A stretch of DNA of 64,000 bases from the NCBI RefSeq assembly GCF_009914755.1, contig NC_060936.1, one strand, 5' to 3'. The notes under the pieces were generated by a model. It saw only the letters and a program-made list of their open reading frames with translations. It did not search any database and was not told the origin of the DNA. Of the stretch, positions 1-61,250 are shown in pieces. Made by a program: the position numbers and the translations under genes. The stretch is from the human T2T-CHM13v2.0 reference genome, Homo sapiens. How positions within the stretch are numbered: position 1 is the first letter of the stretch; each line of letters opens with the position of its first letter.

Positions 1-726
1 GGTAAACACATCTCCTGATGTTCTTGCAATTATTCATTTACGAGTCTGTGAGCTCTGTGAACACAGGGTCTGTGTCTCCCACCTTTGTAGCCCCGTAGTG
101 TGGGGCCCAGCATACCGTAGGTGCCCAATAACGTTTATCCAGTCATACGGAATAAAGAATGCATATTTTTCATGCAAAAATGCATATTTGATTGAATCCA
201 TCAAGCATGAAGGATATCAGAAGGAACTTAGACAAAAAAGAAGAAACTCCAATGGGTGTCTTTCTGTGACAATAATTTATAGCATCTTTGCTCCCAAGAA
301 AGGAGGTCTTGCTTTCACAAAGGAGCCTCTTCCAGAATTGGATAGTGGTATGTGAGAAGAAAGATTTTCTCTATAGTGAGTCAAATCTGATACCTCCCTG
401 AGATTTGCACACACACAACCCCAATCAAGGGTGCAGACTTTTCACCACGATACACCCAGACCCGTGCGCACCTCTCCCGGAAGCCTCTGTGATGTGTGCT
501 CTGTGACCTTGCTCTCTTACTCTGGCCCGCCTCCCTCTGTCATGTTCATTTTGCCTGAATCTCCTTCCTTACCCATTGTTTAGGGATCATTGGTCCCTTG
601 GATGAAGCCCACAGCTGCAGCAAGGGGTCCCCCCTCCTCCCCTGGAGATAGATGCTGTGTTTACATTCTGGAAGGATCCATGGTTTCCCCTTGTGTTCTT
701 TCAGGGCCCCTAGTCTCTGGCCTCTC

Positions 727-852
727 CCAGATAAAAGTCAAGACACCCAGTTAAATTTCAGTTTCAGATAAACAATGGATAATGTTTTTAGTATAAGTGT
801 GTCCCATGAAATATTTCTCAAGTATTTTTATTTGCTAAATCTGGTAACCCTA
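727..852. mobile_element. MER53-like DNA transposon (MITE), one palindromic arm largely deleted
   Basis: ccagttaaatttcagtttcagataaacaa...agtataagtgtgtcccat...ttttatttgctaaatctggtaacccta resembles the MER53 consensus as recalled. Confidence 0.65.
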
Positions 853-2180
853 GCTGTAGGAGAGCCATGTTCAAGGCCCCCATGAGGTGTGCCAAGAAGT
901 TCTATGGCTCAGCCACGTTCTGTGCCCTAGAAGCTCAGGTCTCGGATGCTGATGCCATAGACTGAAGTCAGGCTCCGGTCCTCCAGCCAGCTCTCCCCCA
1001 CTGCCGGGGTAGCCCTCTGTCTTCCCTGGGGAGCCTTCCAACAGCGTTGGGGTGTTCTTGACTTTCCCACCTGCCATGAAAAGGCCTTAATCCTGGAGTC
1101 CAGATTCTGATCAACTCTGGGCCCCTAAGTACCTTTTATTGTCCCTCCCAGGGCTCTCCTGCAAATAGGCCCTTGGAGGCCTGGCCTGACGTTTAGGTCC
1201 TGAGACAGGTGTGCAGATCAGACCCCTCATGGCAACACCAGGCTTCTGGCTCCAGTCCTTGGAGTCCGTCTGCGTCCCAGCAGCTCCCCCTGGTGGCCAG
1301 AAGCAAACGCTTCATGTCTTGCATCTAGAGCCAAAGCATCTCCTACCCCTGGATTCCCATTCCGGAATAGTTTTCAGACCAAGGCTCCTCCGCAAATATG
1401 AGTGATGTGTCAGATGAGTGATGAGGGACAGGCCAGGGGCACACACGTCGCATCCACTTCTTGGGGCTCTTGTGGTCGTTCACTCCTCAGCTACTGAGGA
1501 GTCTCAGCGCCATAAACCTGGGACAATGGCCCCCTCTCGTTCCTCACAAATTTCACCCTTACTTCCACCACAAAGTGGGTTCATTAGAGGCAGGAACAGA
1601 ACCAGGAATCTCGAACACCTGGCTCCTCCCCTTAGTTCCCGCCCTCGGAGTCAGCAAGCAGGGGGAGTGTGAGGGGCCTGGGACAGCTCTGACTCTGGCT
1701 GACACACCTGCCTCTGGGCAAGGGTGGTGCATATCTGAGGCGGACAGGCACACATGGAGAAGTCAGAGTCCACGCCCTCTGCTCCATCCCAGTAGCCACC
1801 GTCTCAACTCAGCCCCTCGTCACTTCACACTTTGGCAGTGGTTTCTGTCCACTCAGCTGGTTCAGTTGGCTCTATCACATCTCCCGGCCTCTAGGGTTGG
1901 CTCAGGCCCACCCTCCGTCCTCTCATAGGGCTGGCCATCCAACCATATCACTCCTCTCACGGCTTTTAAGGATAAAGTTTGAAGCCTTAAGGACTACGTC
2001 ACAGGTCCTCTAGGCCCTGCTTACCTCAGCTTCTGCCTAGAAGTTTATGCCCCAGAAACAGTGAAACCTCCATGTTTACCCTCACACAACCTGTGTGTCT
2101 CAACACCATACTTTTGCTCATACTGGCCCTGCTCAAAGCTTTTCTGCTCTCTCATCTCCTATCTTCTGAGTTAAGACACA

Positions 2181-2500
2181 AGCCAGGTGCAGTTGCTCAT
2201 GCTTGTAATTCCAGCACTTTGAAAGGCCAAGGCGGGAGAATTGCTTGAGGCCAGGAGTTCGAGAGCAGCCTGGGCAACATAACAAGACCCTGTCTTTACA
2301 AAAATTTTTTTTGATGAGCTGGGTGTGGTGGTGCATCCCCGTAGTCTCAGCTACTGGGGTAAGTAAGGCAGGAAGATCACTTGAGCCCAGGAGTCTGAGG
2401 CTGCAGTGAGCTATGATTGCACCACTGCATTCTAGCCTGGGCGACAGAGCAAGACCCTGCCTCAAAAATTATAAAATAAAATAAAATAAAATAAAATAAA
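2181..2500 (+). mobile_element. AluJ-like SINE with (TAAAA)n tail
   Basis: Dimeric Alu; TSD AAGACACA on both sides. Confidence 0.9.
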
Positions 2501-3224
2501 GACACAGATAGCCCAGTGGTCATCTCCCCCACGAAGGCTTGCTGGATCTGCTAGTCTCTGCCTGGCGGCTTCCTTGCACTCCTGCAGTGCCTGTGTTCTG
2601 TAACAGTGCGTGCCTCTGACCCCTCAATCCTTGCATTTGCCACATTGAATTATAACAACCCATGGCTGTGTCCTCTCCCTTTCCAGGCAGTGGGGCCCCA
2701 AGGCAGGGATGGTGACATGTTTACTTTGTGTTTTCAGCACCTAGAAGAGAGCTTAGCACAAACAGGTATTCAATAAATGCTTAGTGCTTTGATTTCATCA
2801 TTAATTGATTGATCAGTTCATTGTGAGAAGGAAGTAACATCCTTTATAAGCAGAATTTGTAGCACCTTCTTGATTCCATTGATTCTCCTCCCCACCCTTC
2901 TCTAACCTCTTTCTTGATGCCCTGGGCTGGCTGGATGACAAATTCCCATGCACCTTGCCATTTATATTCCTGTTTGATCTTGCCGGTTCTCTGTCCTGCG
3001 ACTGCGACTGTTTCGAATGCAGAGAATCCACCCAGTCTGTGTTCATTCAGCTCCCATTAACCTCTATGTGCTTTGCCCTCTCAGGCCCTGGGATGGAGAG
3101 GCTCACCAGACAAGGCCCTTGCTCTCAGAAGTCCCCAGCCTAGAGCAGGCAGTCCGACAAATAAACAGGCAAATAGTTAAGTCCTGTGATTGCAGGACAG
3201 GGGGACGGTAGATAAACAGGCCAG

Positions 3225-3440
3225 CTCTCCACACAGACCACCTGGGTTCAAATCCTAGCTCCACTGCTTTCACACTGTGTAGCCTTGGGCAGGGCCCTTA
3301 TCTGTGTCTGTTTCCCCATGGGTGAAAGAGAGGTCATAGGATTTACCTCTTGGGTTATGTGGGGATTCAATGAATTAATTCATGCAAAGAGCTTAGCAAG
3401 AGTGCCTAGTCCATAGTAAATATTCAATACGTATTAGTCG
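3225..3440 (+). mobile_element. MIR SINE
   Basis: cctgggttcaaatcctagctccact...ccttgggcag...tctgtttcccc MIR core. Confidence 0.7.
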
Positions 3441-3578
3441 TTATGTGACTTAGCTCAGTATGCTATGGGAGCACACAGGAGACTAGACAGATTCACAGCA
3501 GTCATAAAGGACAAAGGATCAAGAGACATCCGGAGGCCATCATTTTAATTGGAGCCTAGGAACAGGCAATTTACATGA

Positions 3579-51199
<47,621 letters not shown>

Positions 51200-52016
51200 A
51201 ACGCCTAGTGCAGGGAATGCTTCCCGGGAACTTTCCAGTTCTCCTGCCGCATTGGCTTTACACAAACACAGACAAATTCCACCTGGCACCTGTTTTTGGC
51301 TGGGCCAAGGAGCTGCCTCTACTGCTCCCACGTGTTCCTGTTGAAAAACAAAGGACTTTCCACTGGTCTGCAGATCAGATCAGCTGGGTCCAGAGTTTAA
51401 TGGGCAACTGGACAACCAAGTTAACCCCAATTGAAAGCACCCCTAGGACCATTGAACACCCACTGCCGGGGACCACTGTCCAGTGAATGGATTGAGGCCT
51501 TTTAAAGGTCACTCAGGTTCCAGGTTGACAGTTGGAGGACTTCACCGTACCAACCCTGAAGAGATTGTATTACACATTAAGGACCTTGGTAGCTGTGCTT
51601 CAGCAAACGTCAACCATGGTAGCAAATTGGTGAGGCTGTGACCAATAATGAGGAAATAATCTGGCAAATTTTTAGGGGTGGGAACTTTTTTAAATGTTCA
51701 TTTAAAAAAAAACAAAAACAGGGCAGTCTTGTAGTTTAAAATATATTTCTAAAAGCTTAACAGTTCGTTTTCAACTAAATTGTGTTTAGGGATCTGTGTT
51801 TGAGATTTTTCTTTATTTCTTTTTTTTTTTTAAATAGTAAGTCACAGGTCCACACTGTGTAAACATGCATCTGATAAGATACTGCTGATATTCTAAACAA
51901 GTTGAAATAATCTTGCCTTAGTGATCATGATTACACAAAAGAGGTGCACTGCCAATAAGTATCTCTAATTCAATAGTTGAAAGCAACCTGCATGCTAATC
52001 GTGGTTTCGGGGTGAG

Positions 52017-52022
52017 AATAAA
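52017..52022 (+). terminator. Proximal candidate poly(A) signal AATAAA
   Basis: gagAATAAAacacc, with a GT/T-rich tract about 45-70 nt downstream. Confidence 0.45.
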
Positions 52023-53098
52023 ACACCCCCACATAACATGCATTTGCATGGGCCCGAACCTGTGAAATGTTACGTTTGTGCTTCATTTTTGCCAAGGTAA
52101 AAATGTTCCATCATTTCTAGCTAAAACTCCATTTGGTGAAACCAACATATCCATTTCTTTTCCTAGTTACGGATGATTTGGGGATGCTTTTGCAGAAATG
52201 TGTTCATAGATGATGCTGAATGGGGGAGGGGGGCAGCACGTCAGAGAATTTACTATTAATCCCAGAGTTTTCTCTGTATTCTCAGAAGATGTTAATAGTT
52301 TGTTACTAGCCAGAGAGTATGACTATGTTAGATTATTTTTAAAGATGAAACATGTATGATAGGATGGATTCTTTCTGTATTCTGAGAGTGTACAGTACAG
52401 GATTATTATAATGAAAGTTTATATCAACAGGGTTTCGTTGGCTCTGCCATATATTATAAGCAAAAGAGATTGGTAAAGTGCCACAGTATTCCAGATAACT
52501 TTTCAGTTGCGGCCTTTCTTCTCGTTCTTTAATTTGAAACCTAGATACATGCAGTAAAAACTAGGAGAATGACTTTTACCCTTGGGGACAGCCAAGTTTT
52601 GTTGATAAACCTATTTCCTAGCATGCCTTCAGGAAGTTGTGCCAGACCCTAGATTGTGAAGGACCCACTGTTCTTCTGTTGTACGAGCTCCCTGAACCAT
52701 TGTTCAGAGGACCAATGTCACATCGCTTCATGGGCATGGCCCATGGAGCATCTGGGTGATATCTGTCTACAGTATTGGCTCTTCTGCGAGGCTGATACAC
52801 AAGGCCTCTCTTCCACATGATCATTTGCAAACCTCCCCCAGCCCCTACCATCCAATGTGGAAGGAAAACAAGAACTGCCTGAAGAAGAGTCCAAGCTACA
52901 GATACACAGCGTGTGCATTGCGGCTGTCACCTTCCTCCTCCCACTTCTGTATCCTCAGAGATGCTGCGTGGATGTTTCCTTAACCTCAGCTGACTTCCCT
53001 GTGAATGTCTAATGCTAGTTCAGGGCCTCCAGGCATTGATTTGTACAGTGGTAACTCCCAATGAGGCTTCTGTTATCATTTGGTGTGCTTTCTCTGTC

Positions 53099-53104
53099 AT
53101 TAAA
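53099..53104 (+). terminator. Distal poly(A) signal ATTAAA, cleavage probably near 53120
   Basis: tgtcATTAAAagaaatgattttccca followed by gtgtgtgtggtttg; upstream TGTA at 53042. Confidence 0.7.
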
Positions 53105-55005
53105 AGAAATGATTTTCCCAGGCCGTGCATCGTGTGTGTGGTTTGAGTGGGCTCTTTATCCCAATAGTTCAAGCCTCAGAACTTCACTCAGTGAAGAGAT
53201 TGGACAATGTGGCCCTGCAGAAAAAGCCAAGGGAAATGAAGATGCTAGATAAAAGACAAATGTTCCTGTTGCTGGCGATGTGGCAGCCAAGCCCTAGTCC
53301 CCATGGTGCATACACTTCTGAGTGACACCCTTGGATCTTTTTCTCATCAGGCAGAGAAGCTACAGGTGCCGCCATCTGGCCACCAAGGTAGCACTGCCTA
53401 AGGCAGAGAACTCGCCTGCAGAGGGTGGAGTTCTGGCTGTTACTCATGTGCCTTGATGACACTTTTTGAGGATGGGGGAATGAGAAGGACAAGTTATCTC
53501 CACATGGTGTGTCCCCACCAAGGGCCAGCATGAGCTGGTGCTAGAGGATGGTGGCAGCATTATGGGATGGGGGTGGGGGTCATGGAGGGGCAGGCAGCTC
53601 TCTTCTTGGGTGTCATCATTGCTGAGGTCAAACCAAGTCCCCAGCAGCTGTGCTGTGGCTCCTGACCCAGCCTGGGCCCAACCCAGGCATGTGTGCAGAT
53701 AAATCCCCCTGGCCAATCCACAAAAACCTACAAGCAGGTCAGGGGAGAGGCCCAGCCAGCCCTGGGAGACCTGGGCCATTGAGGCCCGGTAGAGAGCTCA
53801 CATTGCCCCACCTCCCGGAAATGACTGCTCAAGCCCGCTTAGCAATCCAGGTCTGTTCCTTCTTTAGGAAGCAACCAAGTGCCAGGGGCCAGAACTGTGA
53901 GTCAGGCCAGGAAAGCAGAAGGTCGTTTTACTTTTGACTGTGTGTCACCCTCGGTGTAGCCTCACGGTGAGTAGGCATTTTTGATGTATTGCTTTTAGAA
54001 TGATAAAGTGCATGCTACCCCATTTGCCTTTTACTTGTCTGACAGGTGGCTTTGACATTCACGCCTCAGCAAAGTCCGTACAAGGGCCCATTAGCATCTT
54101 AGGGTGTAGAGGAAAGCGCGGGGGGCGGTGGGGGGCTGCCTGCCACAAGTTCTCTCCACCCCTTCTATTTGCCATGGGACACCGGAAGGATTGTGTACGT
54201 GCAGCCGCCCCCAAGAAACACAAGGACATGACTTAGCTTCTGTGCCCACCCCCATGGCCATTGGTCTTACATATACCATACCTGGATATCATTCATTCTC
54301 CTCAAAAGAAGGAGAATCCACTCAAAATGAACATCAGGATGTGAGCTCCCATCATGGAGATGCCCAGGCAGAAACCAGAAGACGATGCAGTCAGGCATGG
54401 GGGCGGGGTTGGAGGAGGAGCTCTGGGACCTCCTCTGCACTGAGATTCTGTGATTCTGCTTTTGTTCTGTGTTCCCCGTTCTGCGATTCTGCTTTTGGAT
54501 CTCACATTGTTTCTTCCTGTAAAGCCCTTGGCAAAAAGTGCTATCCGACTGTATGTTGTCATACCAAGACTTTCATCACACAGTGTTTTGCCAACATCAG
54601 ACTGTGCGGATAAAGGGTTCTTTGAGAAAATCTATTTCACGAGTCTTGGGTCCTCTGCCTTCAGAATTCAGCACCCACCTCCCTCCACCCCCACCTTCAG
54701 TCACAGACGAATGAATAGTCGCAGAAGTGCTCACATCCTCCCGCTTCTAGTTCTTTCTGCCTAGCCCCTACACAGTCTCCAAGGCCAGCAGTTTCCTGGG
54801 TTTCTCCACTCAGGGAGACATCTATTGCGCACCTTCTGTTGGCAGCACTGATTGCTGAGCCCTGGACTCCAGCACAGACGTGAAAACCCTGTTCCAACTG
54901 GATCCAACCCCTGACTAGCTTTGAGACTTTGGACAAGTTACTTACTCTATCTAGTATTCACCTTCCTCTTTCAAAAAAAAAAAAATGGGTTTAACTATAA
55001 CTAGT

Positions 55006-55348
<343 letters not shown>

Positions 55349-56934
55349 TTAAAGGAGATATTTTGTACGAGTCCCACACTGTTAGTAGCAGGGAAAAGGC
55401 TTTTCTAAACTTCTAAGACTGAGCAGAAGGAAGGGGAAATTGATGATTCATACAAGGAAAGGAAGGCTAATGACTTTGCCTTCATTTCTAGAACTTTCTA
55501 CAGCAGCGGTTCCCATGGTGATTTGTGATTCTCTAGGGTTTTGCTACTTATTCCGAGGAGTATAGGGAAATTCCCCCCAAACTGAGCTCTTTTGTGATTC
55601 TAGTTCCTAGCACAGTGCTTCACACAAAGTAATCAAGAAATGTTTGCAAATGGAAGCCAAGTACACCTGGATTTCCTTTCTTATAAACATCATATTTTCA
55701 AAAGATTAGAGTTGCAGGGATTCACTCTTCCAAATTTCTTGTCTACACAGGAATGTGAGATTCACATGTGTGACTTGGATGACACGAGACTCCCATGGTG
55801 TGTGTCTAAGGTCCAAGACCCCACAAATGGCTGAGCAGGGCCCACGCCCGCCAGAGCCAACTCTCAGTCCAGGGCTTGAGGACCACAGCTCTGTGGAGAG
55901 GGAGAGGGTAGCCACAAACCCCCAAATGAAACAAACTGCTAGATATCCCTCCAGAAAAATCTGGGACTGCTGTCCTCATCAAGTTAGTAGGCAAACCCAT
56001 ATGCCCTGTGCTGCCACTTGAGTGTGTGGACACTCATCCCCCACCCCTCCACCAAGAAACCTCCCTGGTGGAACTTCACGTCACCTCTGTTCCTCCCAGC
56101 CTAGCCAATGCCTTGAATAAAGCAGCACGTGCCTTTGGCCGGGGCCATTGCAGAAGCTGCTATGATGCCTATTTTTTCCACCCTCTTTAAAAATAACCCA
56201 ACAGATTTTGAACTTCCTGCTTGGCAGAAAAAAATAGAACTCATACTCAGCAATCACATTGCGCTTTAGTTCCCATCACTGATGAGGCAGGCAGATAACG
56301 AGTGCCCTGTGAAAGGACACATCTCCAAGTTTAGCCCTGAATCTGAAAAGACAATCTGTCTGCGTGAATAGGCAATTAGAAGACATGCCCTGATGTCATT
56401 GGTGCGTTCTTTGGATGTTGCTTTTCAGAGCTAACCTTCAGATGAGTTCTGAATTTTAATGCTACGGAAAACCTCTGGGATGAAGAGCTACAAAGGGAAG
56501 AGGCTGATTGGTACAATGGAGGGGCTCTGTGCTGGGCACCACATCTCACCCCTGACCCTGAATCTGTCATCTGCTACCTGGGTGACCTTGGCCAGGCCTC
56601 TTCTCCATCTGGACCTGTTTCCTCAACTCCTTCTGACTTGATGTCCTGTGGGCCTAGACTGGAACCTGTCACACTCTCCTTACCACACTCCTATATTAGA
56701 ACCTTGTGAGAACATCATTTTGTGTAATAGAACATTCCAGATTGCATCCAGGAGGATTTAGCAAAAGGGACCTTTTTCATCATTTCACAATGATGCCTTC
56801 AGCAAAACAGGCTCCCAGCAGGAAACCAGATAAAAGCGTTAGAATGAGGCTTCACCTATCTCACCATGAAGATGGCATCTCTCTAGATCATTGCTACATG
56901 ACTACCATCTCCTTTTTGGTTTGGGGTTTTTTTT

Positions 56935-58090
56935 TTTCACTTTTTATTTTGAAACAATTACAGATTCGCAGGAAGTTGCAAAGATAGTACAGAGTAACCC
57001 AATGGTAACATCTTAGATAAATTTAGTACAATATCCAAACCAGGAAGTTGACATCGCTACAATGTGTGTGTATGGTTCTGTGACATCTTGCCACGTGTGG
57101 ATTCGTGTAACCACCACCACTGTCACTCTTCCCTCACCGCAAAGATCTCCCTCATGCTACCCCTTTGGAATCACTCTGGCCCTTCCTCCACCAACTTCAT
57201 CCCAAACCCCTGGCAACCATTAATCTGTTTTCCATCTCTATAGTTTTGTTATTTCAAGAATGTTATGTAAATGAGACCATATAGTAAGCAGCCTTTGGAG
57301 ATTGGTGTTTTTATTATTATTATTATTATTGACACACGGTTTCATTCTGTCGCGCAGGCTGGAGTGCAGTGGTGTGATTTCAACTCACTGCAACCTCCGC
57401 CTCCCAGGCTCAAGAATCCTCCCGACTCAGTCTCCCAAGTAGCTGGAACCACAGACATGAGCCACCATGCCCAGCTAATTTTTATTTATTTATTTATTTA
57501 TTTTTGTAGAGATAGGGATTTTACCATGTTGCCCAGGCTGGTGTCAAACTCCTGGGCTCAAGCAATCCTCCCACCTCAGTATCCTGAGTAGCGGGACAAC
57601 AGGCATGCACCACCACTACCAGATCACTTTTTAAAAAAATTTTCTGTAGAGACAGGGTCTCGCTATGTTGCCAGGACTGGTCTCAAACTCCCGAGCTCAA
57701 GCAATCTGTCTGCCTCAGCCTCCCAAAATGCTGGGATTACGGGTGTTAGCACCTCAAACGGCGAGACTGGCTTTTTGCACCCAGCAGAATGCCTCAGAGA
57801 CCCATCCAAGGAGCCTGCACGTATGGAATGCTTGTTCCTTTTCATTGATGAGTAGCATTCCCCGGTATCCTGTCACCTTTTAACCAGAGAGAGACAGGGG
57901 CTTTCTCTGTCACCCAGGCTGGATTACAGTGGCGTGGTCACGGCTCACTGCAGCCTCAACCTCCCCAGGCTCAAGCTATCCTCCAACCTCAGCCTCCAGA
58001 GTAGCCACAGGTGGAAGCCTCCACGCCTGGCTAATTTTTTTATTTTTTGTAGAGATTAGGTCATACTATGTTGTCCAGGCTGCTCCCAAA
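56935..58090 (-). mobile_element. L1MC-type 3' fragment with several AluJ-like insertions (about 57310-57750 and 57890-58090)
   Basis: tttttattttgaaacaattacagattc...ccctggcaaccattaatctgttttccatctcta; reverse Alu arms. Confidence 0.7.
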
Positions 58091-58461
58091 CTAGGTCTTT
58101 CTGTAATTGATGACTTCTAGACATCTCACTGATGGTGTAGGGCAGTGCTTCTCGAATTTGTTAAAATGACTCCATGGGGCTGGGGTGGGGCTTGAAATTC
58201 ATTGTTTCTAACAAGCATCCCAGCGCTGCTGCTGCTGCTGCTGGTCCAGGGACCTCACTTTGAGTAGCAAAGGTGTGCAGTCTGGAAGTCAGAGATTCAT
58301 CTCAAACCCTTTCTGCTGCCAGGCCAACCTGTGACACTTGTTCTGTCACCTGGCCTTTCTGGAGTCTCAACCTTGAGGGTTATTACGAGCCTTTCTTTCT
58401 GACCCAGGGGAGACGTTTTCACAATGCATCTGAAAAAAAATCATTTGAAATTCTATCTTCC

Positions 58462-58856
58462 AAAACCAAACACCGCATGTTCTCACTCATAAGTGAGAGA
58501 TGAACAATGAGAACACATGGACACAGCAAAGGGAACATCACACACCAGGGCCTGTCGGGGGGTGGGAGCAAGGGGAGGGAAAGCATTAGGACAAATATCT
58601 AATGCATTCGGGGCTTAAAACCTAGATGACAGGTTGATGGGTGCAGCAAATCACAGGAAGGAGAACATCAGACACTGGGGCCTGTCGTGGGGTGGGGGGA
58701 GGGGGGAGGGATAGCATTAGGAGATATACCTAATGTAAATGACAAGTTAATGGGTGCAGCACACCAACATGGCACATGTGTACCTATGTAACGAACCTGC
58801 ATGTTCTGCACGTGTACCCTAGAACTTAAAGTATAATTTTAAAAATAAATAAATGT
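58462..58856 (+). mobile_element. L1PA 3' end, chimeric with a duplicated G-rich 3' UTR segment
   Basis: aaaaccaaacaccgcatgttctcactcataagt...ccctagaacttaaagtataa; TSD AAT(T/C)CT(A/G)TCTTCC at 58449 and 58857. Confidence 0.88.
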
Positions 58857-59777
58857 AATCCTGTCTTCCTAGGTGGAGGGCTCTAACAGTCTGAATCAAG
58901 CTAAGGAATTACTCACACATAACCTCACTCTACCTTACTTTTCCCTGGTCTGTTGTTTATCTAAATCAAGTTTATTTATTTCACGGGTATTTACTGATGC
59001 CCTAATATAAATGAGAGACCCACTCCTGTGCAATGGCATTAACCAAAGGTAACCAAAGGTGACCTCATCCCTTTTCTTTGTCCTGTTTCCTTCAGGGTTG
59101 GCGGCAGAAGGAAAAGAAAAGATTCCTGTTTATTTTCAGACTATGCTTCGAGGCTTCTCTCTGCACTCACAGAGCCCCCTGGGGTGGCAGGGACACCCAG
59201 GAGAATCAACAAGGGAATAATCAAAGCTGCTGCCCCTTCCCTGTTCACTTCACAACACTTTGATAATGGAGAGGGACGCTGGAGTATCTGGTTCAAAATG
59301 GCTGCTGGGTGACCCTGATACTTCTCAGTTGTATGCTATGGGGAATGAGTGGGTGGGGAAGAAGAAAAAGTGGTAGGATTTTAATCCATAATTACTCATT
59401 ATTTTGTTTACTTGTGAAGGGAACGACTGCATTTTTGGCACTTCAAAGGACTTGCTTTCATACATTAAATATTTTGTTTGAGGAAGGGAAAAGCTCAGAT
59501 AGTGTTTTCTGTTGAATAAGTAATGAGAAAGTAAATGAAGTCTGTTTTTTCTAGAAATTCCTTGAGCCAAGGAATGATTCCTTGCCCCTAAAATGTGAGG
59601 ATTTCAGGTGACCAGTGAGTTTAATGTAAGTCAGCTGCATAATGTGGCTGCTTAGAAGCCCATAATGTAGCTGTGGGCTACATTAATAGAAGCATGATTG
59701 CTAGAATGATGGAGGTGATGGTGCTCCTCTGTGCACTGGAGGGCTCTCTGCTGGAATTATGCACTCAGGTCATGTCC

Positions 59778-60440
59778 TGTATGAGTCAAGGTTTCTAGCA
59801 GCAAGCAACTCTGGTTCATTTAAGAAGAAAGAGGGTTTATTCGAAACTATTAGAGGATTACACAGTTGTTGGGAAGGCTGGAGAAACTATTAAAGGCAGA
59901 GCCTTTTGGAATAACTTACAAACCACGACAGAGTGACAGAGTGAGACTCAAAAAGAAAAAAAAAGAACAGCCAAAGGAACTGGGATGTTTGGCCTGTAGG
60001 AGGGAAGACTTGGGTGACCATCTTAATTTTAGTTGTCTTCATTGCTGCCACTGCTTCCACCAAATGATATGGAGGCAGAAATCACTAACGGCATTTCTGT
60101 AGCTCCCAGAAACTTGGCTTCAGTGACTGCTCTTTCCACAAGCACCAGTGTCATTCCTACATCAGGAACTCAGCCGACCCGAAAAAGCTCAGTGCTTCTG
60201 CCTCTACTTGCACTACATAATGGAAGCTCCCATCTCCTCATGTTGGCCCTTTAGTATCAAAATTTCACTGGGTACATCCACATCTGACAGGCAGAACCTA
60301 GGTCCCATGCCTGCACCTTAGCTGTAGGGAGGCTGGCAGTTTCAGTTCTTGCCACTACATTAGGGAGATAGGAAATCTACTGTGTGATTTCTACAAATAT
60401 AGAAAGATGGTGGGTAGCCATGAACATGACAAATGGCCCC
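59778..60440. mobile_element. Old MLT1-family LTR, interrupted at 59931-60041
   Basis: tgtatgagtcaaggtttctagcagcaagcaac...; cctaggtcccatgcctgcaccttagctgtagggaggctgg. Confidence 0.55.
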
Positions 60441-60458
60441 TGTGCTTGACGAAAGTCA

Positions 60459-60824
<366 letters not shown>

Positions 60825-60923
60825 AAAGAACAGCCAAAGGAACTGGGATGTTTGGCCTGTAGGAGAGAATACTTAGGTGACCATCTTAATTTTAGTTGTC
60901 TTCAAATAGCAGAACAGGCTTCA

Positions 60924-61250
<327 letters not shown>

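Larger units (their letters stand above)
51200..53120 (+). other. BTBD11: BTBD11 3' UTR (~1.9 kb)
   Basis: Follows the stop codon, free of recognisable repeats, partly AU-rich; ends at ATTAAA followed by a GT-rich downstream element. Confidence 0.75.

Noticed and set aside
727-852. Possible MER53-derived miRNA hairpin (miR-1302-like)
   Set aside because: Most of the second palindromic arm is deleted, so the long hairpin cannot form.
2733-2755. TTCAGCACC, a possible REST/RE1 site in a neuronal gene
   Set aside because: The right half-site (GGACAG) is absent and the motif lies in an L2-like remnant.
53366-53385. CCGCCATCTGG, a CTCF/YY1-like motif just past the poly(A) site
   Set aside because: Only a partial match to either consensus; cannot be supported without ChIP data.
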